64,000 bases of DNA from Polyangiaceae bacterium (GCA_044376115.1 JBILLK010000033.1:1-64000); one strand, 5' to 3'. Positions 47,727 through 58,298 are shown, numbered from the stretch's first letter. Numbers and translations are program-made. The notes: a model not told the origin generated them from the sequence alone.

Positions 47727-49429
47727 CGACCCCACATCACGTCGAGTCGCGCCAGCACTCGAAAGCGTTGTCCCACTTGATCGTTGATGTTGTGTTCCCA
47801 CTCGGCACCGAGCCTCGCGAGATCCAGCGGCTTGAGCCCCGCTCCCAGCACGTACCCAAAGCTCATCAGATTGCCCTGGTCCTCGACGTTTTGCTCATTG
47901 GAGAACCCGTATAACGAAGCGCGAGCTCCGAGTGAGAAGAGGCCTCCTTCAAAGGAGCGCTCTCCCGAGACATCACCGCCTACGCGATGCCCTCGCTCCC
48001 CAAGTTGCGCCATCCCCCGCAACTCGAGGTTGCCAAGCGTGTCGCGGTAGCGCGCCACCAAGGTTCCAAGCCCGTCCACGCTGAAGCGCGTTTCTCGGTT
48101 GGCCTCGTCGCGGCTTGCCGCGAAGACGGCTTGCGCTGGGCCGTTGTTGGGCAAGCCATCCCCAACCGAATAGCGAGCTAGCCCGTCGAGACAGCGTTGC
48201 ACCTTGGCGTCCGCATCGACTGTTTCAGGGCTGTTGCGGATGGCTTCGCACTGGGCGCGCCCGAACTCGTCAGGGTCACCTTCCGTCGAGAACATCCGCG
48301 CGCCACCCTGTGCTGCAAGATCGATCTTCTTGGTCAAGCGAGCCGCGACCCTTCCCGTCGCCGTGGTGTTCGGATTGTGCGTGAACCAGTTGAAGATCGA
48401 ATCCCCATCGAAGGTCGGATGATAGTGATCGACATCGAGCCCAGCTGTCACATGCGGGCCGATATACGCTTCCAAGCCACCGAAAGCCGAGGGCACCAGC
48501 TCGTTGTAGAGGTCGTAGCTGAAGCCACCCTTCAATCCGCCGAGGTCGGTTTTCTCAATGTTGGCGGCGTACCCGATTCTGTCGCTGGAAACGCGTAGTC
48601 CGCTCACCGTCGGGTAGCCCGTCGCGGGATCCTCGAACTGTCGAGTGAACACCTCGCCGGTGTTGTACACGCGGCGGTAAGTGAGCCTGCCGTGCAGCCA
48701 GTTCGGACCAGCGCTCTCGATCGCGATGCCAAACGCCGGCGCCACGGCTGGCTGAAGGAACGACGGAAAGTCGCTCGACCGTGGTCCGGTACCGTCGTCG
48801 TTGTCGAAGCCGCTGTGATCACCTCGCCAAACGCCCTGGCTCTCATATCGCGACGTCGATAGAAAAAGTCCGCCGCGCTGTTCGAGCCCGCCGTAGGCCT
48901 CCACGTCAAAAAACGCTGGCGTGTGCAAGCGCACGAGCCCGCCGTCGAAGGACCACCAACCGAGTGCATCGGTGACGTTCTGCCGGCCTGCCCGAAAGGA
49001 AAGCCAGCCATCGGCCAGGTGCTTTCCCTCAACGTACGCCTGCATCAGGTCCATCCGAGCGGCGCTCACGCCAGGTAAGAAACGCCCGCCCCCAGCCTGG
49101 TCGAAGTCGGTCTCGGCCGCGTCCAGTCCGAAGTCTGAGTTGACCCTGAAGATCACTCGAGCGTTGTAGTCAGCCTTGCCGGGAACGAAGTCCCCTTGGA
49201 GGTGATAAAGGCTGAAACCCAGCGTCCCGAGCAGCCGCCGACGCTCCACGTCGTAGCCCCAGGGCGAGGCGACCTCATACCCCTGGAACGCCATCGTTCC
49301 GGTGAGCTCAACGTCTGCCGCGCGCGCGCGCGAAGGCGCCGCGACGCACAGCACAAGCACCCCAACCAACAACTTCTTATTTGCTGCCAAGCCGACCGCA
49401 TACTCCGCGATGCACGCGGGAACTGTCAA
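47723..49429 (-). CDS. outer-membrane beta-barrel protein (putative cytochrome-associated porin); start may be TTG 49390
   Basis: Signal peptide ending ARA; amphipathic beta-strands, AYVE...RAGRQ...FDG motif, terminal strand FRVLARLDVMW. Confidence 0.8.
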   Translation of the reverse strand: MTVPACIAEYAVGLAANKKLLVGVLVLCVAAPSRARAADVELTGTMAFQGYEVASPWGYDVERRRLLGTLGFSLYHLQGDFVPGKADYNARVIFRVNSDFGLDAAETDFDQAGGGRFLPGVSAARMDLMQAYVEGKHLADGWLSFRAGRQNVTDALGWWSFDGGLVRLHTPAFFDVEAYGGLEQRGGLFLSTSRYESQGVWRGDHSGFDNDDGTGPRSSDFPSFLQPAVAPAFGIAIESAGPNWLHGRLTYRRVYNTGEVFTRQFEDPATGYPTVSGLRVSSDRIGYAANIEKTDLGGLKGGFSYDLYNELVPSAFGGLEAYIGPHVTAGLDVDHYHPTFDGDSIFNWFTHNPNTTATGRVAARLTKKIDLAAQGGARMFSTEGDPDEFGRAQCEAIRNSPETVDADAKVQRCLDGLARYSVGDGLPNNGPAQAVFAASRDEANRETRFSVDGLGTLVARYRDTLGNLELRGMAQLGERGHRVGGDVSGERSFEGGLFSLGARASLYGFSNEQNVEDQGNLMSFGYVLGAGLKPLDLARLGAEWEHNINDQVGQRFRVLARLDVMWGR

Positions 49430-49490
49430 CTCGTGAACCAGCCGTTGGCGCCGATGCGGTGCAGCCGAGCGCCGGGCTCGGCGTCACAGC

Positions 49491-50240
49491 TCAGTGTCTA
49501 GAGAAGCCACCATCCGCCCCGAGGCGGTAATCGTAAACGTCCTTCATCGAAGTTCGGGCTTGCTCCAGCAACTCTTCAGGCACCTTCCAGGAGCGAGCAA
49601 CGAACCCGTCGCAGATCTTGTTCTTGATCCGAACCGACTCCTCCTCGGCCATGGCGCGAAGGATTGGCGGAATGCTCTTCGGGTTGCCTTGCGCGAAGGT
49701 CGCGGCAATGGCGTGGAAGCGCACGTTCTCGTTCACGTCCTCGAGAAAGCGCTCTGCCGCCGCTCGGACTTCATCACCGTGAACCTCCTCAAGCGCGCTC
49801 AAAACCTGCAACTTAGGTTCAACGTTTCTCGAGTACTCGGTGTCTTGTCCTTCAGCCAAGGCAAGCAGCTTCTCAATGTAGGCAGGCTCGTCGAGGATCT
49901 CTTTCAGCATCCGAAGCGGCCAGGTCAGCACCTCGGCGCGCTCGCAAAAAGCCAGAATAGCCGGCACTGCGGGCTCTCCAACCTCAATGATTCCCGCGTA
50001 AGCGGTGTCCTTCTCCTCCTGATCGGTGATCGACGGGTCGATTGAGAAGGTGAATCGCTTGAGCAACGCGGCAGCAGCCTCGGGCGTTCCCATCAGGCAA
50101 AGCTGCTGAATAGCCTCCGCACGGTCGTAGGTTTGTGCTCGCTTGTCCGCGACAACCTTCGCTGGCCCGCTCACCTTCTTTTCGGCGGAGGTAGCGGGAG
50201 GAGGCGAAGAACCCTTCTTGAGGAAATCGAAAAAGCCCAT
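49491..50240 (-). CDS. HEAT-repeat protein
   Basis: FLEDVNENVRFHA, EESVRIK helical repeats. Confidence 0.8.
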   Translation of the reverse strand: MGFFDFLKKGSSPPPATSAEKKVSGPAKVVADKRAQTYDRAEAIQQLCLMGTPEAAAALLKRFTFSIDPSITDQEEKDTAYAGIIEVGEPAVPAILAFCERAEVLTWPLRMLKEILDEPAYIEKLLALAEGQDTEYSRNVEPKLQVLSALEEVHGDEVRAAAERFLEDVNENVRFHAIAATFAQGNPKSIPPILRAMAEEESVRIKNKICDGFVARSWKVPEELLEQARTSMKDVYDYRLGADGGFSRH

Positions 50241-50272
50241 ACGCGAAGTCCAGGGAGCTTGGGTCGGGTGTT

Positions 50273-50311
50273 ACAAAAGCGCAAGCCCCTCGATCGACTG
50301 ACTCGAGGGGC
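50273..50311 (-). terminator. probable intrinsic terminator after gltB-gltA
   Basis: gcccctcga/tcgaggggc stem (50285-50311) followed on the minus strand by ttgcgctttt. Confidence 0.55.
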
Positions 50312-50338
50312 CGCAACGTACTCAGCTTGCGCTGAGTA

Positions 50339-51238
50339 CTACTCCGAAACTTCGAGATCCGGGAACCGGAAGATGAAGTTGACGGTGATCATTGAGTTGA
50401 AGCGGAACTCGCGGTCTTCACTGTTGACCGCATTGTCCGGGAAGTCCCCATCCGGCGGCCCACCAAAGTTATCGAATCCAGCCGTATTCAGGGCGAACGG
50501 TAGACCGCGAAACTCTGCGCCGAATCCAAAGATCTTGGTCGGATAGAAGTTGAGGCCAGCACCGAACGTAGGGGCAACCGTCACTCGGCTCTCCAGGGCG
50601 TAGTTGCCCGCGCACTGCGGAAGGGCAGCTCCATCCGCGTCTTTACCGCACGCTGCTCGCTCCTGAAGCCCGACGATCGCCGGCCCGAGGAAGAAGTTGA
50701 CGTCAGTGTCGACGAAAAGCACCGAAAACAGCGAAAGCTTGCCGCGGAAGGGAACGAAGGTCACCTCAGGGGCCACGACCCACTGTAGCTTCGCGAGCTG
50801 GTCATCGAAGAGATTCCCTCGCGTAAGGTTGACAGCGGTGAGCTTGCACTCTTGGTTGTTCGGGTTTCCGTCGCAGTTACGCTCGTCGATTGCTTTCTCT
50901 TGGAGCTGGTCTGAGAGGCCAGTCGTGTACTGGAAGCCGTAGCCACCCCAGATCCCAGCGCCGAACCAGTCGGTGAAGTGATAGGAGGCACGTAGGCCCG
51001 GCATGATCGTTCGAGAGTACTCGTCCAGAAGAGTAAACGAGATACTGGGCGTCACCTCAAACCGGCCATCTCGATGAAGTCGCAACTTCCGGACAGCAGG
51101 CGCTCCGGCGAGTGGTCCGGTCAGTTGAATCTCTTGCGCCTCGGCCTCGGTAGCGGTCCCCAGGGTCAACCCCGTGAAAGCGGCCAAGCCAACAGCGCAG
51201 AGAGCGAAGGTCTTCGTTACACTTTTTGATCGCAGCAT
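50339..51238 (-). CDS. gltA: myxobacterial outer-membrane beta-barrel protein, GltA-like
   Basis: GPL..., GRFEVTPS, YHFTDW, P..GKLSLF; second of a tandem pair as in gltB-gltA. Confidence 0.7.
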   Translation of the reverse strand: MLRSKSVTKTFALCAVGLAAFTGLTLGTATEAEAQEIQLTGPLAGAPAVRKLRLHRDGRFEVTPSISFTLLDEYSRTIMPGLRASYHFTDWFGAGIWGGYGFQYTTGLSDQLQEKAIDERNCDGNPNNQECKLTAVNLTRGNLFDDQLAKLQWVVAPEVTFVPFRGKLSLFSVLFVDTDVNFFLGPAIVGLQERAACGKDADGAALPQCAGNYALESRVTVAPTFGAGLNFYPTKIFGFGAEFRGLPFALNTAGFDNFGGPPDGDFPDNAVNSEDREFRFNSMITVNFIFRFPDLEVSE

Positions 51239-51249
51239 CGCGCAAGACC

Positions 51250-52242
51250 TCACTTGGGCAACCGGTACTCCCACGTCGGTGGGAGGAATATGGAGAAACC
51301 GAGTTGGGCTTGGACGTTGTTGGTCCAGCTAACCTCATCCGCGAGCCAGAGGCTCGGGTCTTGTGCAAGCGGCTTGCCTTCAGCATCAACACCGGCCGGA
51401 ATCTGCTGATTCTCGAGCTCGTCCGGGAAGATGTAGTCCCGGAGCTCAGCGTTGATGGCGAACCACCGATTGAAGAAGATACGCAGGCCAAGACCGAGGT
51501 TGAACGAAACCTTGGGTGACCAGTCGAAGGTGCGATTGTCCGGATCCACGACAGCGATCGGGCGGGTGCTGATCGCACCAACGCCGCCCACCACGTAGAT
51601 GTCGTAGTGAAAGATGAAGTCGCTAAACCCAGCGAATTTGCCGTACACCGGGACGTACAAGAAGTTCGCGTTGGCGTTCCACTGGTACTCGGTAATTGAC
51701 TGACCAATGCGACCGGCGCGGCTGGTCTGAAGGTTAAACGTCGAAGGGTTGTTAAAGTAGTAGTTGCCGTTGAGGCCAACGCCGATGACGTTCGTGATGT
51801 AGAAGTTCGTAGCGAGACCAATGCTCGGATGTGCGACGAACTGATCGTTCATCGTCAAACCTGCATACGGAGCAAGCTCGAAACGAAGCTGGCGAAGAGC
51901 GTAGATCTGCTGCACCGCGTAGATCTCAGGGTTGAGATCACGTGCAGCCGCCTTCTTTAGGTCGACCGACTTGCATGCGTCGGGGTCAATGGCGCAAAGC
52001 TCTTCCAGACCACCGCCGGCAGGCTCCTCTCCCGTAGCGGGATCGGTCGCAACAGCAGGATCTGTTTCAGCGCCAGGTGCGGGTTCCTCCGTAGGATCCG
52101 CAGCGGGTTTCTCTTCGGTTTTAGTTTCGGCTTTCTTCGGTTGAGCCATTGCGTCGGTTGGCGCTACCAACCCCGCAACGACATTCAGACCGGCTCCGAC
52201 GAGCGCGGCTGCAACGAGTAGCCCCACGCGAGCCTGGTTCAT
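51250..52242 (-). CDS. gltB: myxobacterial outer-membrane beta-barrel protein, GltB-like
   Basis: Acidic Pro-rich N-linker, AVQ...L...RFELAP, NDQF, PVYGK, GLGLR, G.SIF.P. Confidence 0.7.
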   Translation of the reverse strand: MNQARVGLLVAAALVGAGLNVVAGLVAPTDAMAQPKKAETKTEEKPAADPTEEPAPGAETDPAVATDPATGEEPAGGGLEELCAIDPDACKSVDLKKAAARDLNPEIYAVQQIYALRQLRFELAPYAGLTMNDQFVAHPSIGLATNFYITNVIGVGLNGNYYFNNPSTFNLQTSRAGRIGQSITEYQWNANANFLYVPVYGKFAGFSDFIFHYDIYVVGGVGAISTRPIAVVDPDNRTFDWSPKVSFNLGLGLRIFFNRWFAINAELRDYIFPDELENQQIPAGVDAEGKPLAQDPSLWLADEVSWTNNVQAQLGFSIFLPPTWEYRLPK

Positions 52243-52666
52243 CGCCGTCCCTTCCGCTCCGAGCCCACGAGGCCCTGTCGATTCATGTGAAGTCACCTTC
52301 GGTTTCGGTGCGCAAACTTCGCGCGTGGCAACGGTTCCGCTTGTGCTCAGCGAGGGTCCGCTGGGCGAGCCCGGCGGACGATAACAGAAAACGGGTTCCG
52401 TCAATCCAGTCAGTTAGCACTTCGAGCAAATCCTTTTTTGGGGGCGCTCGAAACACCAACACCCTCTCATGCGTCGGGCAAAGCCCCGGAATCATCCGCT
52501 AGAACACTGCGACGGGTGCCCATCTTTCGATCGGCAGTCGAGTGCGCGAGAGGACGAATTAGCGTAAGTTGCTGAATTTAATGCGCAATTTGAACAAGCA
52601 ATAAAGCGTCAGGACTATATCACGGTAGAATTTGACGAATCAACAGCCAAAGTGAGGCGCGGGTTC

Positions 52667-54004
52667 TTATGCCGCCCGTTCCGACGACTCTGCGCTACTT
52701 CCGAGCAACGCCTCAACAAACTCTGCCGCGTCGAAGTCCCGCAAGTCTTCAGCCTTCTCCCCAACGCCGATGTAGCGAACAGGCACTTTGTGTTCGGCTG
52801 AAATTCCGAGGATGACGCCACCCTTCGCTGTCCCGTCCAGCTTGGTCAATACGATGCCAGTTAGCGGTAGTGCTTCCTTGAAGAGTGCCGCCTGTTGAAT
52901 TGCGTTTTGACCGTTCGTGGAGTCGAGCACGAGCAACGTCTCGTGCGGGGCGCCGTCCATCGCTTTCGTCATGGTGCGAGCGATCTTCTTCAGCTCGTCC
53001 ATGAGGTTGGTCTTCGTGTGAAGGCGTCCCGCGGTGTCTGCAAGAACAACGTCAGCACCGATTTCTTTGGCCTTCTGGATCGCGTCGAAGATCACGGCGC
53101 CTGCGTTCGCTCCTTCAGCGCCCGTGACAACCTCGCAGCCGGCCCGCTTTCCCCAAACGAGTAGCTGGTTCACTGCTGCGGCACGAAACGTATCCCCAGC
53201 CGCGAGCACAACCTTCGACCCCTCGCGGGTGAGGCGCGTCGCTAGCTTGCCAATCGTGGTCGTCTTTCCAACTCCATTGACTCCCACCACCATTACAACC
53301 GTCGGCTTGGTTTCGAAGACGAGTGCGCCTCCACCATTGTCAAGTAGCTCGGTGGCCTTACCACGCAAGGCATCCCATACCTTTGCCTCGTCCGTAAGCT
53401 CGCCACGTGAGAGCTTGCCTTTGACCGCGTCCACCAGCTCTTGCGTCGTCGCGACACCAACGTCGCTGCTCAGGAGGATCTCCTCCATTTGCTCGGCGAT
53501 GTTCGGATCAATCTCTTTGCGACCCGTGAAGAGAGCCTTCAATCGACCGAAGAATCCCTCGGTTTCACGAGCGCGGGCGAGGCCGCGCCGAAGCCCAGCG
53601 ACATCCTTCGCTCGTTTGGGCGCCGCTGGTTTGGCAGACACGCGGCTTGCTTCAGTTCGCTTGGTCTCGGTCTTGGTCGGCTCGCTGAAGTCGCCCTTGG
53701 GCTCTGGAGCTGGCTTTGCTGCCGCTTGCTCTGGCTCTTGTTTGGCGGGCTTTTGTGCCTTCTCAGGCTTCTCAGCCTTTTCAGCCTTCTCAGTTCGCGG
53801 CTGCTCCCTGGCGGCCTCTTTCGGCGCAGCGGCAGGCTTCTCGGGTTGAGGACGCACACTTGGTGCGGACTTGGCAGGAAGCTTCTGGGGCTTCTCAGCC
53901 TCTAGTTCCTCTACCTCAGCGCTTTCAGTTTTCTTCGATCGGAGGAAGAAGAAGATCGCCGCGAGGACGGCGATGCCAATCAGGACGAAGACGAAGTTGG
54001 GCAC
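52667..54004 (-). CDS. ftsY: signal recognition particle receptor FtsY
   Basis: GVNGVGKTTTIGKLA, DTFRAAA, DTAGRL, TKLDGTAKGG; N-terminal TM; AGGAG SD. Confidence 0.98.
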   Translation of the reverse strand: MPNFVFVLIGIAVLAAIFFFLRSKKTESAEVEELEAEKPQKLPAKSAPSVRPQPEKPAAAPKEAAREQPRTEKAEKAEKPEKAQKPAKQEPEQAAAKPAPEPKGDFSEPTKTETKRTEASRVSAKPAAPKRAKDVAGLRRGLARARETEGFFGRLKALFTGRKEIDPNIAEQMEEILLSSDVGVATTQELVDAVKGKLSRGELTDEAKVWDALRGKATELLDNGGGALVFETKPTVVMVVGVNGVGKTTTIGKLATRLTREGSKVVLAAGDTFRAAAVNQLLVWGKRAGCEVVTGAEGANAGAVIFDAIQKAKEIGADVVLADTAGRLHTKTNLMDELKKIARTMTKAMDGAPHETLLVLDSTNGQNAIQQAALFKEALPLTGIVLTKLDGTAKGGVILGISAEHKVPVRYIGVGEKAEDLRDFDAAEFVEALLGSSAESSERAA

Positions 54005-54081
54005 GCGGACTCCTGTGGGCGGGGACTATATGAACGGGTTCGGCAGCAAGCAACGTGCGGCGACGATCGAGTCTTCTTTTG

Positions 54082-55908
54082 TCAACTCACGCGGTCCGCC
54101 AAGGGATTGGCTGGGGAAGCTTCAGCGTGGATTGGAACCGTCGTCGGTTCATTGCCCACAACTTCGGCCTCAATGTCTCGCGTGACTGGGGCTGGACCAA
54201 ACGCAACCACTTCAACGCGCGTAGCCCAGCTCTCGACTCGTTCGGCACCCGTACGTGCAGCCACGCGTCGAACGTGCCCCGGCGTCGGTTCCCGCGCTGA
54301 GTCGAAAGGAGTTCCTCGCACGCGAGCCCATCGTACCAGCCGATCCAAAAGTGCGCGGCGACGAGTCACCAGTGCGACTCGCAGAATGGAGGGGGCTGGC
54401 AGCAGCTGTTCGTACGTGGCGTGGAACTCGCCCTCGACCAGCAGGCGCGCGTCTTTCGGGACGTCAGGCACTTCAAGGGAGAAGGTCCCATCCGCCTCGC
54501 TCTTTGTTTGTGCAATCACCGTTCGTCGGTCGAACGAAAGGGTGAAGATGCTCAAGTCAGCGTTTGCCACGGCAAACCCATCGTGCGCGTCCGTTACCTG
54601 GCCCTTCCAACCTTTGAGGCCGCTCGGTCGTTCAAGCACCAAGATCTCGGGCCGGCCCGACGGGGGCGGAGGTATCGCAGAGTCCCGACTTTCGGACTTC
54701 GGCGCTCGCCTCCACTTAAGGACGATCCAAGCGACCAACGCCGCACCAAGCACTGCAAGTGCAACCTGGCGCAGTGGGTGCGGTCCTTTCGCGTGAATTG
54801 TGGAAACCCCAGGAGGTCCGGGTTGCCAATACGGCGTGTTGGCCGAGTAGCGTACGTTGATCTCTACCGTTCGCTCAACGCCGCCCGGAAAGGTGATCAG
54901 TAACTCTGCGCGGCCGTCTTGCACCGGAGCTGCGCCCACGGGCTTGCCGTCGAGCGTTGCCTCGACGAGACCGCCTGCGGCAGGTCCCCGTTGGCTTGTT
55001 ACCGATGTGTCGATCCGAATGCCGTCGTCGGGATCTCCTTCAACCCGCTCGGGGAGCTTGATCTCCACCTTTACAGTGCGGGTCACCTGCGCCGAAACCT
55101 TCGAACCGGCAAGCTGCCGGTCGCCCGCGAATTCAGCCCGTAGTTCACCATCTCCGGGGGGGCCAAGTGCCGACGACTTCACCTCAAAGCGAGCCTTGCC
55201 GTCGCCCCGTGTTGTGGCCGTCGCGACTACTTGGCCTCGCTCGTCCACCAGATTGATCGCCAGCCCTTCGTGTCGACTTGCCGGTAACAGCATGCGGGCT
55301 GCGTCCGCGCGAGCGATGCGCACCGTGACGCCCATCACGTGTTGGTCCTTTTCGAGATCGAGCACTGCCGGCGGAGCGTCAAAGCGAAGGGAGGTGCTTG
55401 CTCGCTGCTCGCCCTCCGGAGTGACAACCGCGTCAGCTTCTGAACCGTCGAAGAACTTATTGCCTCCGTACTTCAGCGAAAAGCTGCCGCGAGAGGTCCG
55501 ACCCGGCCAAACAATACAAAACATTCCACGTTCGTCCGTGGTGACGCTGGCCGTGGTTCGCCCTTCCGTTCGGACGAGAGTATCCTCTCCAGGGCAGGCG
55601 CCGATGCCGTCCAGGTTGAGCTGAGTCGTTCCGTCTCGCGCCTCGAGTTTGAGTGCAGCGCGCCCAAGTGATGCTCCAACCTCGTCGAGCAGCGCGCCGC
55701 GCACCATGACGTCAGCGGTCCTGCCGACCGCAATGACCTCGAGGGAACTTGCGCCTCGCACCCTTAGCTCGACCGCGCGCGCTGTGCGCGAAATCAGGAG
55801 AACAGGCAGGCATAGTACGGCGAGGAGGAGGTACGATTTCACCAGCCTCTCGGTAAAGAGCGCCCAGCTGTCACGAGCGGGCTGGTGGGCGGGTTCAGTC
55901 GTCCTCAT
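54082..55908 (-). CDS. membrane-anchored protein with Ig-like / carboxypeptidase-regulatory-like domains
   Basis: Signal peptide ARA, T.D..G beta repeats, internal TM, C-terminal RRALLDRLVRW...EPTPG; start uncertain. Confidence 0.7.
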   Translation of the reverse strand: MRTTEPAHQPARDSWALFTERLVKSYLLLAVLCLPVLLISRTARAVELRVRGASSLEVIAVGRTADVMVRGALLDEVGASLGRAALKLEARDGTTQLNLDGIGACPGEDTLVRTEGRTTASVTTDERGMFCIVWPGRTSRGSFSLKYGGNKFFDGSEADAVVTPEGEQRASTSLRFDAPPAVLDLEKDQHVMGVTVRIARADAARMLLPASRHEGLAINLVDERGQVVATATTRGDGKARFEVKSSALGPPGDGELRAEFAGDRQLAGSKVSAQVTRTVKVEIKLPERVEGDPDDGIRIDTSVTSQRGPAAGGLVEATLDGKPVGAAPVQDGRAELLITFPGGVERTVEINVRYSANTPYWQPGPPGVSTIHAKGPHPLRQVALAVLGAALVAWIVLKWRRAPKSESRDSAIPPPPSGRPEILVLERPSGLKGWKGQVTDAHDGFAVANADLSIFTLSFDRRTVIAQTKSEADGTFSLEVPDVPKDARLLVEGEFHATYEQLLPAPSILRVALVTRRRALLDRLVRWARVRGTPFDSAREPTPGHVRRVAARTGAERVESWATRVEVVAFGPAPVTRDIEAEVVGNEPTTVPIHAEASPANPLADRVS

Positions 55909-56167
55909 TCGGCCGTGTTTGTCGCAGCGTGCACGAGTCATTCTGTTTGCGGAATCAACCTTCGGTTGAAGACCCAATGCAACGTATCTCAGCGCTCTTC
56001 GCACTACTAGGTGGCATGTCTTCCCACCGACTTTTGCGGCCAGTGAAGCGAACGCCTGCTCCCGTCGTCTTAGACTGGCCGGTGAGAAGTCCGGCTTCCC
56101 CTTGGCACGGCGGCAAGCGGGAGTACTTCCGCGCGGTTGTGGGAGGCTCTGAATTGTTCGTTGGTGT

Positions 56168-57010
56168 ATGGTGATTCGGATGGTCGACGTGCGAGTCGGA
56201 GTCCCAAGTATTTCGTTCGCGCGCTGGCTGCTCGCGTCGGCTGTGGCGCTCATAGCTGTGCTTCTGGTCAACCCAGTTCACGCTGCTCCGAAGGTCGAAG
56301 ATCTCGCTAAGCAGCTCTCCTCCGACGACTTCCGGGTTCGCACACAGGCGGCGCTTGCTCTCGGGGCTTCGGGAGACAGTGCTGCAGTCAAGCCGCTGTG
56401 TGGCGCGCTCAAAGACTCGAACCAAACGGTGCGGCTTGCTGTGGTCGCCGGGCTTGGCAAGCTCGGGCGTGATGAGGGTGCAAAGTGCATTCGCGCTGCA
56501 AAGCCCGAAGAGAAAGACGCAGCTGTTACGCAATCGATGGACAAGGCACTTGATAACATCGCTCTCGGCGGTGACCCTCCAGTGCCTGGCGCCGCTGCGA
56601 AGTACTACGTCGCAATTCAAGTGGTGAACCGCACTAACCGCTCTCAACTAGAAGTCGAAGGTATTGTTCGCCGAGCTCTTTCGGCCAAGCTCTTGAGCAA
56701 CAGTGCGAACGCAGTTGCTCCAAGGAACGAGTCCAACCAGCAGGCGACCAACATCGTCAACGCCCGTAAGTTGAAGGGGTACGTACTGTCTGCGAGCGTC
56801 GAGCCGTTCAGTTATGCCGGCGGTAACTTGACGGTAGTGCTCAAGGTTTCGATGTCAACGTACCCAGACCGCTCGCTAAAGGCTGAGTTCTCTCCAAAGC
56901 TAACGCAAAAGGACACACCTAAGGAGGATGCGGCAGCTGAGCGAGTGCTCGTGAAGATGGCTGCGGAGAACGCTGCTGACAGTTTCACGAAGGTCGTTGC
57001 GTCGCTTTGA
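56168..57010 (+). CDS. exported HEAT-repeat protein
   Basis: Signal peptide; DFRVRTQAALALG, ALKDSNQTVR. Confidence 0.8.
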   Translation: MVIRMVDVRVGVPSISFARWLLASAVALIAVLLVNPVHAAPKVEDLAKQLSSDDFRVRTQAALALGASGDSAAVKPLCGALKDSNQTVRLAVVAGLGKLGRDEGAKCIRAAKPEEKDAAVTQSMDKALDNIALGGDPPVPGAAAKYYVAIQVVNRTNRSQLEVEGIVRRALSAKLLSNSANAVAPRNESNQQATNIVNARKLKGYVLSASVEPFSYAGGNLTVVLKVSMSTYPDRSLKAEFSPKLTQKDTPKEDAAAERVLVKMAAENAADSFTKVVASL

Positions 57011-57060
57011 CACATCGCTCTGCGCTCGATTTTTAACTTCTGCGAGACCGCCGACGTAGC

Positions 57061-57909
57061 ATGAAGGTGCCCATGTCTGAATCCCCCGACCCTTCCATGC
57101 AGAGCCCTCGACCGCGTTACAAGCGCAGCGCGCGGAACTACCTGCTCGACCCAGTCTTCCAGCTTAAGTACACGGGTTTTCTTGTCCTAATCGCGTTGGC
57201 TTTATCGGCAACCCTCGGCATCCTCATCTATCGAGCGAGCACTGAGATTGTAGAGCAAACCAGTCGCACCGTTGAGGAAGGCAAGGAGACGGTCAAACAA
57301 GGTCAGTCCACGGTCGACCGTCAACGCGACCTCATCAGCTTGTCAAATAAGTTGAATGAGGTGGTCAAGTCGCAGATCGATACGTGCTACCCGGGGCAAG
57401 AGGAGCTTGCGAAGAGCTTCTCCGATGCGGCTGCTCAAGATGGGGCGAAGTTAGCCGCGGAGCAAAAGCGACTCGAAGACGATAAAGGTCGACTCGACGC
57501 GCGTGCCATTAAGCTCGAGCAGGACGTCGTCGAGGTGAAGAAGCGCCAAGGCACAATTCTCATCGGACTCGTCGCGGTGCTCTCTGTGCTCGTGTTTGCG
57601 ATCGGAGTTGCCGGAATCGTGTTTACTCACAAGATCGCCGGACCGATCTACAAGATGAAACGCCTCTTTCGCCAGCTAGGGGAGGGGAAGCTGATTCTTC
57701 GCGAGAAGCTCCGCAAGGGCGATGAACTTCAGCATTTCTTTGAATCCTTCGAAGCGATGGTTGAGCAGATGCGCGATCGGCAGCGGGCCGAAATCGAGAT
57801 GCTTACGGCAGCCATGACGAAGCTTGAGGAGAGCGGCAAGGCCGATGAAGAAGGCATGATTGCGCTCAGATCGGTTCGCGCCGAGATGCAAGATCACCTG
57901 GAGGCGTGA
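57061..57909 (+). CDS. two-TM HAMP-domain protein
   Basis: RNYLLD..FQLKY, TM-coiled coil-TM, THKIAGP...LRKGDEL. Confidence 0.8.
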   Translation: MKVPMSESPDPSMQSPRPRYKRSARNYLLDPVFQLKYTGFLVLIALALSATLGILIYRASTEIVEQTSRTVEEGKETVKQGQSTVDRQRDLISLSNKLNEVVKSQIDTCYPGQEELAKSFSDAAAQDGAKLAAEQKRLEDDKGRLDARAIKLEQDVVEVKKRQGTILIGLVAVLSVLVFAIGVAGIVFTHKIAGPIYKMKRLFRQLGEGKLILREKLRKGDELQHFFESFEAMVEQMRDRQRAEIEMLTAAMTKLEESGKADEEGMIALRSVRAEMQDHLEA

Positions 57910-57923
57910 GCCCAAGCGCTCGT

Positions 57924-58292
57924 CTAGAATGCGGCTTCTACGTGTTCGATCAGCGGCGTCCCATCCCCGGTAAACGTCACGCTCACTAGATCAAAGCGCA
58001 TCCGTTCAACCGAGAAATCCCGAGCGAAGTGCTTTCGCCAAAGTGCCGTTCCAGCCGCTCGGACGCGTGAACGCTTGCGCCAGTCGACGCTCGTAAGTGC
58101 GGGTACCCACGAACCAGCGGAGCGGGTCCGGACCTCTACGACAACCACAAGCTCACCGCGGCGAACGAGCAGATCGACTTCAAGGCGCCCAACACGGAGA
58201 TTGCGACCGAGGACGATGAACCCGTGTTCCGACAAAAAAGAAGCGGCCGCATTTTCGGCGGCCCTTCCAAGTTCAGTCTTGCTCAGCTGCAA
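57924..58292 (-). CDS. yraN: YraN family endonuclease-like protein
   Basis: LGRAAE..A..FL, RN.R....EVDL, VEVRTR, RFDLV, ends EAAF. Confidence 0.9.
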   Translation of the reverse strand: MQLSKTELGRAAENAAASFLSEHGFIVLGRNLRVGRLEVDLLVRRGELVVVVEVRTRSAGSWVPALTSVDWRKRSRVRAAGTALWRKHFARDFSVERMRFDLVSVTFTGDGTPLIEHVEAAF

Positions 58293-58298
58293 GCGCTC

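Noticed and set aside
55909..56271. N-terminal extension of ORF 54082-56271, or a structured ncRNA (SRP/6S) near ftsY
   Set aside because: The extension overlaps the divergent HEAT gene; no SRP or 6S consensus was recognisable by eye (an Rfam/Infernal scan would be decisive).
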